Source: Deltaproteobacteria bacterium CG11_big_fil_rev_8_21_14_0_20_47_16
GTDB lineage: Bacteria > UBA10199 > GCA-002796325 > 1-14-0-20-47-16
DNA: 64,000 nucleotides
Reading direction: 5' to 3'
NCBI GenBank assembly: GCA_002796325.1
Contig: PCXA01000006.1
Span: 70,578-134,577, forward strand
Made by a program: the position numbers and the translations under genes. The notes beneath the pieces are model-generated. The model was not told where the DNA came from and did not search any database. It was given only the letters and a program-made list of their open reading frames with translations. Positions 39,901-48,019 of this stretch are shown here, one piece after another. The stretch's first letter is position 1; every line of letters starts with the position of its first letter.

Positions 39901-40229
39901 TCAAAGAACGTGCGCCCATCAATCAACTCGGTTGTGAAGAAATGCAAATCGTGATCTGCATCAAATCCAAAATCATACACTGCGGAAATGTTAGGATGCG
40001 GGAACTGAGCCAATTTTGCAAATTCGGATTTGAAACGATCCAGTGCATGGGGTTTGTCTTTGGGAACAATCAGATATTTGAGCGCGAGATCTTTTTGCAG
40101 AGTGCTATCGTGGACTTTGAAAACCTGACCCATGCCCCCTTTACCGAGTTTATTTAAAATCCGGTAACGTCCATTAACAACGTCACCGGTATCAGGAAGC
40201 GTAAGGCTGTGGGCTGCATCGGCCGACAT
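36975..40229 (-). CDS. Ser/Thr protein kinase with AAA/STAND-type NTPase and TPR domains (PknK-like)
   Basis: The N-terminal Hanks kinase has a Gly-rich loop (LGKGGMGQV), a VAIK-type lysine motif (ALKYL), the HRD-type catalytic loop (MHFDIKPGNV), a DFG motif and an APE-type activation-loop motif (SYMAPE). A P-loop follows (VWITGDKGMGKSRLLGEA), then a long TPR region. Length is 1084 aa. Confidence 0.85.
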   Translation of the reverse strand: MSADAAHSLTLPDTGDVVNGRYRILNKLGKGGMGQVFKVHDSTLQKDLALKYLIVPKDKPHALDRFKSEFAKLAQFPHPNISAVYDFGFDADHDLHFFTTELIDGRTFFEGTRGLDPLAIEALIVQTLRALEYLHNHHLMHFDIKPGNVLITEASDGKLVAKVIDFGVADFGSKGRLVGTPSYMAPEMTRREIPDQRADLYSLGVMWYQVLAGLPDSPFRGGAREVTFMNHQTMTLPPLHKVHHEVPGYVDHIIARLLEKRTEERFPYAAAVISEINLHKSKRADRYDVETRETRQSYIPTAARFVGREAALAQLRNFLQAHMLHADDSAQTSDGETVDMVWITGDKGMGKSRLLGEARHTAQLNGFAIAGAEASDPASWDNLRVAIHKAMEHPSEPALLWVDSFGTLNQDSAAKPLLDDIAKLQDFLVSAKGLGAGPLRICLVIAARDLPKSVQSQEVLQLPLKSFTDKELEDYILSVTGFETTPKGFVTEMMRHTEGNPYFVTELMKTLIDQNILFDSVGRWKATTFEDLGVDFSAIRVPGSLADAISLEYNQLSSPEQELLGLLAVWNAAATAQQLEAVLNHPLNSATPIRLLKKGWIDMDLENASMVIPNPNRRAAVETLLSATHREHLHHAIAQVLGNEEGVDPELLHWHIANGSDPKRSTESLWILAEHYVATDRPLVAISTLLKLISKLPAPTNKHDGDKYIQANLMLARTYRAIRRFDETMVLLQKIEHELQAAGNHDILHARIWEEMAITDIKQGHFKDADRACMRGLQLLKKHPENRVQLLRTENYLGQVFLASSAVDRAIELFRRTRDEAAQLPTDERLQVTNNELCHALFQKGDYAGVVSEATHDLVFYEGTLKMRQIYLLMANAYRNLRKNQKARSVFEKGIDLARSKHDSEYLFYNYQGLGGLYSDMGEYEEGVRQYERALELAGRLGDPAQSVAIKTNLGILHMKLGRQDIAERELSAVIDYMRQHPPSSALAQMYACRAHLELGDMYVKASRFPDAREHLDQAETYVRKYANCGPLLFSIQLTRAEMHRDMGDKPGAKKLIAGLRKIASTPEEIHHLDITETTMEDQE

Positions 40230-40328
40230 GCGGAAATTGTAGCATATCTATTATAGGCGCCCAAAAGGGAAAGATTGGGCACCGCCATGATTCACATCAT
40301 GAACGTAAAAATAGTCCTTATTTTTCAA

Positions 40329-42224
40329 TTATTTATCGCCGATTAATTTTAAGAAGGCTGATTCAGAAAGGATCCTAAGCGGAGCGCCTTCCGCAACCAG
40401 CTTTTCGGCCTTGGTGAGTTTACTGCCTGCACCCCCGCCATCACCCACCACCAGATAATCGAGCGTTTTGGAGACGCCACTGGCATTCACCCCTCCGTGT
40501 TGGGCCACCAATTCTTGCGCGCGTTTGCGTTCCATGTGTTCGAGCGCACCAGTGAATAGAAAACTTTTGTCATTCAACTTGTGGCTTGCCGCTTTAGGTG
40601 CCGCGACAATTTTGATTTGTTTGAGCAAGCGATGAATCAACTCTTTATGCTCGTGCAAACCATGAACAACTGATTTCGCAATCGACGGACCAATGGAATG
40701 AATGGCGAGCAGTTCATCTTCCGTGACTTTCATGATGCGATCCATCGTTCCCATCTTGGCCAAAATGGCAGCGGTGTGTTGCGCTAGTTCGGGAATACCC
40801 AATGCCTGCAAAAAAATGGCGAGTGGCAAATCGCGCTTTGCTTGAATATTGCGCACTAATTTTTCGGCCAAGGTTTTTCCCATGCGTTCAAGTGGCAATA
40901 ATTCATCAACCGTCAGCGCGTATAAATCAGCCGCATCCACCACCAATTCACTTAGATATAATTGCTCCAAAATCTTTTCGCCAAAACCATCACAGTCAAT
41001 TGTTTTCACAAAGTGAGACAGTTCACCCAGCTTGGTTTTCAAACAACCTTTGGGATTGGTGCAATACAAAAAGTCATCGCGCATTTCCACAGGAGCCCCA
41101 CACGACGGGCATTTGCGAGGGATTGGAACGGGGTGTTTTCCCTTTGTCACGACGGTTTCCAAATGGGGAATTACACCGCCACGACGCATCACCACGACTT
41201 CACTTCCAATCCCCAACTTCCATTTTTTAACCATCGCCGCATGATGTAGAGACACACGTGTAATCGTTGCACCAGAAAGTTCCACCGGCTTCACAATTCC
41301 CACCGGCGTGATGATACCAGTGCGCGACACACTCCACTCGACTTCTTCTAATTTTGTTTTGGCAGAGTCCCCTTGGTACTTATACGCAATGGCAAAGCGC
41401 GGATGATGGGCCGTTGACCCCACACGTTCTTGTTCGCTAACAGAATCTATACGATACACGACACCATCGGTTTCAAAATCATATTGATCGCGTTTATCTA
41501 AAAAATACTGAAAGACAGAATGAAGTTTATCGTGTGCAACACACTTGGTTTCAACCACTTGAAACTGATTCTTTTTAAGCAGTGTACGCTTTTCCGTTTC
41601 GGTCTTAGCACCCGCATTCAACAACTCATATCCCCAGAACTTCAGCGTGTACGCACCTGTCTTTTCAGGGTCCTTTTGCTTAATAGCGCCAGCCGCCAAG
41701 TTGCGCGGATTGGCAAAGTCTGATTTGTAACGTGCAAACACCGAGAGCGGCATGTAAATTTCGCCGCGCACTTCCACATTTTTGAGCGCAATCTTCTGAG
41801 GGATGTCTTTAATGAAACGAACGTTCTCGGTAATATCTTCGCCCACCGTGCCCGTGCCACGCGTGGCTGCAACCGACAGATTGCCATGGGCATCGTACTG
41901 CATGGCGACGGCACACCCGTCAATTTTGGGAGAAACCACAACATCGCCCTTAAACTTGCTCGCCCAATCATCGAGTGTTTCATCATCATAGCATTTATCA
42001 AGCGAGAGCATCGGCACTGCGTGGCGAATTTCAACGCGCTCGCCACTCACATCCGATCCCAACTCTTGCAGCACCTTGGACTTAGGCGACTTCTTGCGCA
42101 GCGCTTCTACCAGTTGATCAAAATCATAATCACTGATCACCGGCTTATTTTTGACAAAATACCGCTCGTTGTGCTCACGCACATGTTTTTCAAGCTCAGC
42201 AATTGACAGTTTGTCCCAATTCAT
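40329..42224 (-). CDS. ligA: NAD-dependent DNA ligase
   Basis: The start is the internal MNWDKLSIAELEKHV, with ATG at 42222-42224. The KxDG adenylation motif (KIDGCAV) is present. Zn-finger cysteines are CPSCG...C...C. HhH motifs and a C-terminal BRCT domain follow. Confidence 0.95.
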   Translation of the reverse strand: MNWDKLSIAELEKHVREHNERYFVKNKPVISDYDFDQLVEALRKKSPKSKVLQELGSDVSGERVEIRHAVPMLSLDKCYDDETLDDWASKFKGDVVVSPKIDGCAVAMQYDAHGNLSVAATRGTGTVGEDITENVRFIKDIPQKIALKNVEVRGEIYMPLSVFARYKSDFANPRNLAAGAIKQKDPEKTGAYTLKFWGYELLNAGAKTETEKRTLLKKNQFQVVETKCVAHDKLHSVFQYFLDKRDQYDFETDGVVYRIDSVSEQERVGSTAHHPRFAIAYKYQGDSAKTKLEEVEWSVSRTGIITPVGIVKPVELSGATITRVSLHHAAMVKKWKLGIGSEVVVMRRGGVIPHLETVVTKGKHPVPIPRKCPSCGAPVEMRDDFLYCTNPKGCLKTKLGELSHFVKTIDCDGFGEKILEQLYLSELVVDAADLYALTVDELLPLERMGKTLAEKLVRNIQAKRDLPLAIFLQALGIPELAQHTAAILAKMGTMDRIMKVTEDELLAIHSIGPSIAKSVVHGLHEHKELIHRLLKQIKIVAAPKAASHKLNDKSFLFTGALEHMERKRAQELVAQHGGVNASGVSKTLDYLVVGDGGGAGSKLTKAEKLVAEGAPLRILSESAFLKLIGDK

Positions 42225-42335
42225 AGCAGTTGAGCCTTGTATTAGCGGGTGGCACCGAGGTGATGCCAACAAATGGGGTAATTCGGTGACAGGACCCGCT
42301 ACAGAGATCGCGTTAATCTTAAATCGGGGGAAGCT

Positions 42336-44885
42336 ATGCCACAAGTTCATACGTTAGACAACGGTCTTACAATTGTTCTGGTCGAAAATCACACCGCGCC
42401 GGTAATTTCTTTTAACGCACTCGTTCGCGTGGGCAGCGCCTGCGAAACCGACGCCGAAGCGGGCATCTCCCATTTTATCGAACACATGCTCTTTAAAGGA
42501 ACGCCCAATTATCCGGTGGGCGAAATTGCCAAGCGCGTTGAAGCCGCGGGCGGCGATATCAATGCCTACACCTCATTTGATCAGACCGTTTACTACATTA
42601 ACATGGCCAGTCGCTATGCCGATACCGGGCTTGCTATTTTAACAGATGCCATCCAGCACCCCCTCTTCGATGCCGAAGAACTTAGCCGTGAATCCGAAGT
42701 TATTTTGGAAGAAATTCGCCGCAGCAAGGATAGCCCCGAACACGAAGTCAGCGAAAAACTCTTTGCTACCCATTATGGCAAGCACCCATACGGGCGTCCC
42801 ATCATTGGATTTGAAAAAACGGTCAAATCCTTCACGCGCGACTCTCTCGTGAGCTATTTTAACAAATGGTATGTACCCACCAATATGGTGTTCATTGTGG
42901 TTGGCGACTTTGAACCCAAGGAAATGCTCAAAAAATTAGCGAAGGCATTTTCCAGCACGCTCCACAAAGACAAACCTGCACACAATATGGAGCAGCTCAC
43001 CACACCACCGCAGGTGACAGGCACTCATATCATTCATGATACTGCCGATATTCAAGCCACGTACTTTAATTTGGGATTCACCATTCCCCACTTTACAGAC
43101 CGCGACACTGCCACCATGGACTTGCTCTCCCAAATCATGGCCGGCGGTGAAAGCAGCCGTCTCGAACAAGTCATTCGTCAGAAAAAACACTTGGTGCAGC
43201 AAATTTACACATACTCATTCACACCCAAGGGTGCCGGCATCTTCATTGTGGGCGGGCTTTTGCAAGCCGACAAGATGGAAAAGACCATCGACGCCATCTG
43301 GCAGGAAATTTCACTTCTGCACACCGCGCCTGTTAGCCAAGAAGAGCTCGACCGTGCCAAACTCAACCTGCGCAGTAATCGCATTTATGAAAAGGAAACA
43401 GTCGGTGGCGAAGCCGGAAAATACGCATCGTTCCTGGCTGTAACAGACGATGCTAATTTTGAAGATCAGTATTATCGCTGGATCGAAGAAACCAGCGTCG
43501 AAGATTTAATGGACGCCGCACATCGCTATTTGCGCCCCGAACTGATGAGCGGTGTGATCCTTACCCCCAAAGGCACACCAATCAATACCCAAAACATTCT
43601 TAAACTTTGTAAATCACCCAAGTCGGAAAATGCAAATCGTGCAAAGACAACTGCAAAACCAAAGGCACAAATCGTCAAAATGCCCACCGGACTTCGTTTG
43701 GTGCTCATTGAAAACCATCACCTGCCCATGACATCCATCACACTGGCCTGCATGGGTGGACTACGCGCGGAAACCGCTGCCAACAACGGCATCAACACCT
43801 TAATTTCACAATCGCTCACGAAGGGAACCAAGTCGCGCAATGCCTTGCAGATTGCCGAAACAATCGATGCATTTGCAGGCTCCCTCAACGCTTTTAGCGG
43901 TCGCAATACCATCGGGCTGCGTTGCGAATTTTTGAGCGACAAACAAGACAAGGCACTCGATTTGTTTTTTGATGTTTTGAAAAATCCCAGCTTCCCTGCC
44001 AAAGAAGTTGAAAATGATAAACACGATGTTTTGGAAGCCATTAAAAACCAGCAAGATCAGCTGGCATCGCTCGCATTTTACCATTTCTGCAACACCCTCT
44101 ACGGCGCCCACCCATATGGTATGCGCCTTCTCGGCACAGCCGATGTCGTCAAACGCCTGCGTCCCAAACATTTGGCAGACTATTTTGGCCGCGCATTGCA
44201 GTCCAAAAGCGCAGTGTTGACGATTGCAGGTGATTTCAATTCACGCGACATGATTGAACTTGTCCGTAAACAGGGTCGCTTCGGTAAAGGGGCCGCACTC
44301 AAAGTCCCCAAAATTGCCATTCCCACACACCGCAAACCACAAACGGTTGAAACAATTCGTAGTGGTAAGCAACAAGCCCACATTGTATTGGGATTCCTCG
44401 GCGCAAAATTTGTATCACCCGATTACTATCCACTATTGGTATTAAATCAAATTCTGGCAGGCCAAGGGGGCCGTCTCTTTTTGGAACTGCGCGATAAGAT
44501 GAGCTTGGCTTATACCGTGAGTTCCAGCCTGCAAATGGGCGTGGATCCTGGCTTCTTTGCCGTCTACATTGGTACCGATCCCAGCAAGGTCGACACGGCC
44601 ATCGCTGCCATGCGCCAGGAATTGAACCATATGGTCACCGAACTAGTGCGCCCCGAAGAGCTATCCCGCGCTCAGGAATATTTAATCGGTTCGCATGCAC
44701 TTGAACAACAACGTATGAGCAGCCTGACCGGTAACTATACCTTTAATCTATTATATGGACTGGGTCCCAAGAACGTTGAAGAGCATCCCAAAAAAGTGGC
44801 CGCTGTCACACGTGAACAGGTCTTGAAAGCCGCAAAGAAATACTTCCAATTTGATCGAGAAGTGTTGTCGGTTGTAAAGCCGTAA
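42336..44885 (+). CDS. M16-family zinc metallopeptidase (pitrilysin-like, two tandem M16 halves)
   Basis: The inverted zinc motif HxxEH is present as HFIEHMLFKGT. The second half is inactive. Length is 849 aa. Confidence 0.85.
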   Translation: MPQVHTLDNGLTIVLVENHTAPVISFNALVRVGSACETDAEAGISHFIEHMLFKGTPNYPVGEIAKRVEAAGGDINAYTSFDQTVYYINMASRYADTGLAILTDAIQHPLFDAEELSRESEVILEEIRRSKDSPEHEVSEKLFATHYGKHPYGRPIIGFEKTVKSFTRDSLVSYFNKWYVPTNMVFIVVGDFEPKEMLKKLAKAFSSTLHKDKPAHNMEQLTTPPQVTGTHIIHDTADIQATYFNLGFTIPHFTDRDTATMDLLSQIMAGGESSRLEQVIRQKKHLVQQIYTYSFTPKGAGIFIVGGLLQADKMEKTIDAIWQEISLLHTAPVSQEELDRAKLNLRSNRIYEKETVGGEAGKYASFLAVTDDANFEDQYYRWIEETSVEDLMDAAHRYLRPELMSGVILTPKGTPINTQNILKLCKSPKSENANRAKTTAKPKAQIVKMPTGLRLVLIENHHLPMTSITLACMGGLRAETAANNGINTLISQSLTKGTKSRNALQIAETIDAFAGSLNAFSGRNTIGLRCEFLSDKQDKALDLFFDVLKNPSFPAKEVENDKHDVLEAIKNQQDQLASLAFYHFCNTLYGAHPYGMRLLGTADVVKRLRPKHLADYFGRALQSKSAVLTIAGDFNSRDMIELVRKQGRFGKGAALKVPKIAIPTHRKPQTVETIRSGKQQAHIVLGFLGAKFVSPDYYPLLVLNQILAGQGGRLFLELRDKMSLAYTVSSSLQMGVDPGFFAVYIGTDPSKVDTAIAAMRQELNHMVTELVRPEELSRAQEYLIGSHALEQQRMSSLTGNYTFNLLYGLGPKNVEEHPKKVAAVTREQVLKAAKKYFQFDREVLSVVKP

Positions 44886-44891
44886 AAAAAA

Positions 44892-44922
44892 GTTGCCCGT
44901 ATCAGTGACTGATACGGGCAAC
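44892..44922. terminator. Bidirectional intrinsic terminator (perfect 15-bp palindrome)
   Basis: The palindrome is GTTGCCCGTATCAGT-G-ACTGATACGGGCAAC. An A8 run lies to its left and an AT-rich run to its right. It sits between the convergent M16 gene and the small Cys-rich gene. Confidence 0.8.
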
Positions 44923-44932
44923 TTGAATAAAA

Positions 44933-45181
44933 TTAATTACCCTTCTTTTCTTCCATCTTCTCTTCTGCCTTTTCGGCAATTTTGGCCTTACAACCATCAG
45001 ATAGTTCAGAACCATGGTCTTTCAAACAGTTGATAATGCGACCATCGCCTCTTTTCACATCTTTACAGAACTTTTGAATATCTGGCTTACATGGGCCTTC
45101 CATACCACCAAACGCGTGAACCGTTCCGATCATCATCATCACTGCTGCAACAGCACCAACACCAGCGACCCACTTTTTCAT
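44933..45181 (-). CDS. Small secreted Cys-rich protein (82 aa)
   Basis: A signal peptide (MKKWVAGVGAVAAVMMMIGTVHA) is followed by four Cys (C-x8-C-x12-C-x11-C) and Lys/Glu-rich segments. Its function is unknown. It is divergent from the CsoR-linked operon. Confidence 0.4.
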   Translation of the reverse strand: MKKWVAGVGAVAAVMMMIGTVHAFGGMEGPCKPDIQKFCKDVKRGDGRIINCLKDHGSELSDGCKAKIAEKAEEKMEEKKGN

Positions 45182-45307
45182 ACATCCCCCTTATTGAAGA
45201 CCTTCTAGAAACATGCACTGCACTCGCAATGCGCATTTTGTTTATACTGAAAAGTAACAGAGATGTTCAATTGAATTCTAAGGTGGCGTGAAAAAACAGC
45301 TATTGAC

Positions 45308-45328
45308 ATATACCCCACTGGGGTATAT
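45308..45328. promoter_or_regulatory. Putative CsoR-type operator palindrome overlapping a sigma70-like promoter (TTGACA at 45303-45308)
   Basis: The palindrome is ATATACCCC-ACT-GGGGTATAT, a 9-bp inverted repeat of the ATACCC...GGGTAT type described for CsoR operators. It lies 10 nt upstream of the ATG of the first gene in the operon, which ends in csoR. Confidence 0.5.
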
Positions 45329-45337
45329 CGTGGCCTT

Positions 45338-45967
45338 ATGAAATACCTACTTTCACTTTTAGCATTAATCATCGCCCTTCCCGCGCATGCCCACCCCGTC
45401 TCATATAAGGGTGGTACCATGGTTATGCTGGGGGCGGAAACTGACCGTTATGATGCCCAGGCCAACTTCACGTTTTCGCGGCACTTTGCAGTGGGCACCA
45501 GTTATATGCAAATCCATACGGGCGGCGCCTATGCCAACTTTGCATTCCCCCAACTTAACTGGCTGGTAAAACGATGGAATAATCCCGACTCCCAAGCCAA
45601 TGTCTATTTCTATGGCGGACTTGGGTTTCGCAATTACAAAGATACAAATAAGGTTGCTGGATTTGTTGGCGCCGAGGCTGATTATGAAACGCGCCGCTTC
45701 TACACCTCGATTCAACAAATGTCGCTTCTGTCAGACGGCATTAATGCCTACCGCACCTACGTCAAAGTCGGTGGTGCACCTTATTTGGCGGATTACAAGC
45801 AAGTCGCCACGTGGCTTATTTTTAAAACTGAATACGCGTCTTACATGAAGCCCGAGCAAAAGCTCTCATTCATCCCAGGACTACGGCTATTTTATAAGGG
45901 GTGGTTTGTGGAAGGTGGCTATGGCGTTTATGGCGTTTGGTACGCCAACCTAATGGCCGTCTTTTAA
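45338..45967 (+). CDS. Secreted protein, probable small outer-membrane beta-barrel (C-terminal Phe)
   Basis: A signal peptide (MKYLLSLLALIIALPAHA) is followed by alternating aromatic/Gly-rich beta-strand patterns. The C-terminus LMAVF ends in Phe, typical of outer-membrane proteins. Confidence 0.5.
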   Translation: MKYLLSLLALIIALPAHAHPVSYKGGTMVMLGAETDRYDAQANFTFSRHFAVGTSYMQIHTGGAYANFAFPQLNWLVKRWNNPDSQANVYFYGGLGFRNYKDTNKVAGFVGAEADYETRRFYTSIQQMSLLSDGINAYRTYVKVGGAPYLADYKQVATWLIFKTEYASYMKPEQKLSFIPGLRLFYKGWFVEGGYGVYGVWYANLMAVF

Positions 45968-45978
45968 AAGGAGGTTAT

Positions 45979-46266
45979 ATGAAACGATTGAGCATCATTG
46001 CAATGGTAGTGGCATTCCTCATTATTTCAGCCAGCGCATTCGCCGCCCAAATCAAAGTCGATGTGAATGGCATGGTCTGCTCATTTTGTGCCCAAGGCAT
46101 TGAAAAAAAGTTCAAATCCGACCCGGCGGTTGAAAAGGTCGATGTCGATCTAACCAAGAAAACAGTCTTACTCACCACACGCGATGGAAAAACTTTAAGT
46201 GAAGCGGACATTCGCAAGCGCATCACTGATGCAGGCTTCAAAGTCGAAAAGGTGGAATACCAATGA
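45979..46266 (+). CDS. Periplasmic heavy-metal-associated (HMA) domain protein, MerP/CopZ-like
   Basis: A signal peptide precedes an HMA fold with the metal-binding motif GMVCSFCA. A strong ribosome-binding site (AAGGAGG) is present. Length is 95 aa. Confidence 0.75.
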   Translation: MKRLSIIAMVVAFLIISASAFAAQIKVDVNGMVCSFCAQGIEKKFKSDPAVEKVDVDLTKKTVLLTTRDGKTLSEADIRKRITDAGFKVEKVEYQ

Positions 46267-46628
46267 AGCGCTTTGTCACCACACTATCGCTCTTCACATC
46301 CCTCAGCACACTCATCTGCTGTGCGCTGCCCGCACTCCTTGTCACATTGGGGTTGGGAGCCGCAATGGTGGGCCTCATATCCGCAGTGCCACAACTGATC
46401 TGGCTTTCAGAACACAAGGTCTTGGTCTTTGGTGTTGCAGGTACCATGTTGCTGCTATCAGGAATCTTACAATGGCGCGCCCGCAGCCTTTCCTGCCCCA
46501 CCGATCCTGCACTGCGCGATAGCTGTACGCGTTCACGAAAGTGGTCCGTCATTATTTATGTGATTTCAATTGTAATCTACCTCATTGGAGTCTTCTTCGC
46601 ATTCGCCGCGCCAATTATTTTTGAATAG
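46263..46628 (+). CDS. MerT-like heavy-metal transport membrane protein
   Basis: There are about three TM helices. The first helix has a vicinal Cys pair (LICCALPALL). A second Cys pair lies in the loop (SLSCPTDPALRDSC). Size and topology match MerT. Confidence 0.6.
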   Translation: MKRFVTTLSLFTSLSTLICCALPALLVTLGLGAAMVGLISAVPQLIWLSEHKVLVFGVAGTMLLLSGILQWRARSLSCPTDPALRDSCTRSRKWSVIIYVISIVIYLIGVFFAFAAPIIFE

Positions 46629-46637
46629 GAGGTTGTT

Positions 46638-46928
46638 GTGGCCACAAAAACTAAAAATAGTTACCCAGATCATGCAAGCGAATTAAAGCGCATCAATCGT
46701 GTCATAGGACAACTCGAAGGTATCAAGCGAATGATCGAAGAAAAACGTTATTGCCCAGACATTTTGATGCAAACACGTGCCATCAGCGCTGCACTTCGCA
46801 GCTTGGAAACGGAAATTTTGGATAAACACCTTCATTGCTGCGTGATGGCCGCCATTAAATCGGGCGACCGCAAAGAAGCAGACAGCAAAATGAAAGAGTT
46901 GTTGGATTTATTTCAAAAGCGCGGCTAA
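46638..46928 (+). CDS. csoR: CsoR/RcnR-family metal-sensing transcriptional repressor
   Basis: It is a DUF156-type protein. The first ligand Cys is in YCPDIL and the conserved H-C pair is in KHLHCC, giving the Cu(I)-binding C-H-C arrangement. It uses a GTG start after AGGAGG. Confidence 0.85.
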   Translation: MATKTKNSYPDHASELKRINRVIGQLEGIKRMIEEKRYCPDILMQTRAISAALRSLETEILDKHLHCCVMAAIKSGDRKEADSKMKELLDLFQKRG

Positions 46929-46930
46929 TT

Positions 46931-47617
46931 TTATTTTTTAGAATCCCAATTCACACCATTTAACGGGCAGTTTTCACACTGGGGCTTGGGTTTGCAAAAC
47001 TCCTTCCCCACTCGCACCAGCAACGCATGGTATTCGTTATAGTACTGGATTGCTTCGGGGCGATCACCCCTCGCAATGACATCACTGAGCGCCGACGTCA
47101 TTGTTTCCTGCATTTCAGTATAATCAGCTTCTTCGGTAATCAAAAAGTGACGCGACAACACGCGGTGCGTGTAAGCATCAATTACAAAACTCGGTTGATC
47201 CAACGCGTAGAGCAAAATGGAATCGGCTGTTTCCGGCCCAATTCCCTTCACCGCCAGCAACTCCTCGCGCAGTGTGGCCAGGGACTTATCGCGCATTCGC
47301 GTAACGTCACCGCCATAAGTGTCCACAAAGTATGTCAGAAAATGATGTAAGCGATTCGCCTTGATATTGAAATATCCTGCGGGTCGAATCAACTCCGCCA
47401 AATCCTCATGTGATAGCCGTCGCATGGCATGCGGCGTCAGCACCCCGCGCAACTTTAAATTTGCAATCGCCTTTTCAACATTTCCCCAATTGGTATTCTG
47501 GGTAAGAATCGCCCCCACCATCACTTCGAATGGCGTCTCTCCCGGCCACCAGCGTTGGGGACCAAATGCGTTGAATAATTTGGAATAAATTTCAGTGATA
47601 AAGTCACTGCGTGACAT
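46931..47617 (-). CDS. HhH-GPD superfamily DNA glycosylase (endonuclease III-like)
   Basis: The helix-hairpin-helix motif is LLAVKGIGPETAD and the catalytic Asp is in SFVIDAYTHRV. A C-terminal partial Cys cluster (CKPKPQCENC) is present. Confidence 0.75.
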   Translation of the reverse strand: MSRSDFITEIYSKLFNAFGPQRWWPGETPFEVMVGAILTQNTNWGNVEKAIANLKLRGVLTPHAMRRLSHEDLAELIRPAGYFNIKANRLHHFLTYFVDTYGGDVTRMRDKSLATLREELLAVKGIGPETADSILLYALDQPSFVIDAYTHRVLSRHFLITEEADYTEMQETMTSALSDVIARGDRPEAIQYYNEYHALLVRVGKEFCKPKPQCENCPLNGVNWDSKK

Positions 47618-47619
47618 AA

Positions 47620-47988
47620 TTATTTTTTAACAGGGATTGGTGATGATTTTACTGTACGAGTAGAAGGCTGGTGTTGTGTATCATCACCCCGAATTAAAGC
47701 ATCTAACTTCTTTTGGTCATCTGCTGTAATGCCTTCTTGAATTTTCTTACCAGAAGCTTGCAGCAATTGCCCCACCCACATGCGCAAATCCTTGGTAGCT
47801 TCTTGCAAACTGGGTGAGCGATAAATTTGAATGGCCCACTCCTGATAGGTTTTGCCTTGGTAACGGAAATGCCCAGATGCCCACCAAAGCGCCACAATCA
47901 CCATGCCGAATACAACAATATTTTTAATCCAGCGGAAGATAAACATATTCCCCAAGTAACCGAATTTATTGCGCATTGCAATAGACAT
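47620..47988 (-). CDS. Small membrane-anchored hypothetical protein
   Basis: One N-terminal TM helix (IVVFGMVIVALWW) is followed by a charged tail. Confidence 0.4.
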   Translation of the reverse strand: MSIAMRNKFGYLGNMFIFRWIKNIVVFGMVIVALWWASGHFRYQGKTYQEWAIQIYRSPSLQEATKDLRMWVGQLLQASGKKIQEGITADDQKKLDALIRGDDTQHQPSTRTVKSSPIPVKK

Positions 47989-48019
47989 TCCAGCATTGAT
48001 TTGTTACCGTCTCTCCATC

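Noticed and set aside
40256-40286. Imperfect hairpin GGCGCCCAA...TTGGGCACCGCC downstream of ligA
   Set aside because: The stem has a bulge and there is no U-tract on the ligA strand. It might be a weak terminator or part of the kinase promoter region. It is not supported well enough to call as a feature.
45182-45300. Additional short palindromes (TTCAATTGAA, ATGCGCAT) in the divergent promoter region upstream of the CsoR-linked operon
   Set aside because: They are short, AT-rich, self-complementary 8-10-mers of the kind expected by chance in promoter DNA. Only the 21-nt ATATACCCC-ACT-GGGGTATAT palindrome was retained.
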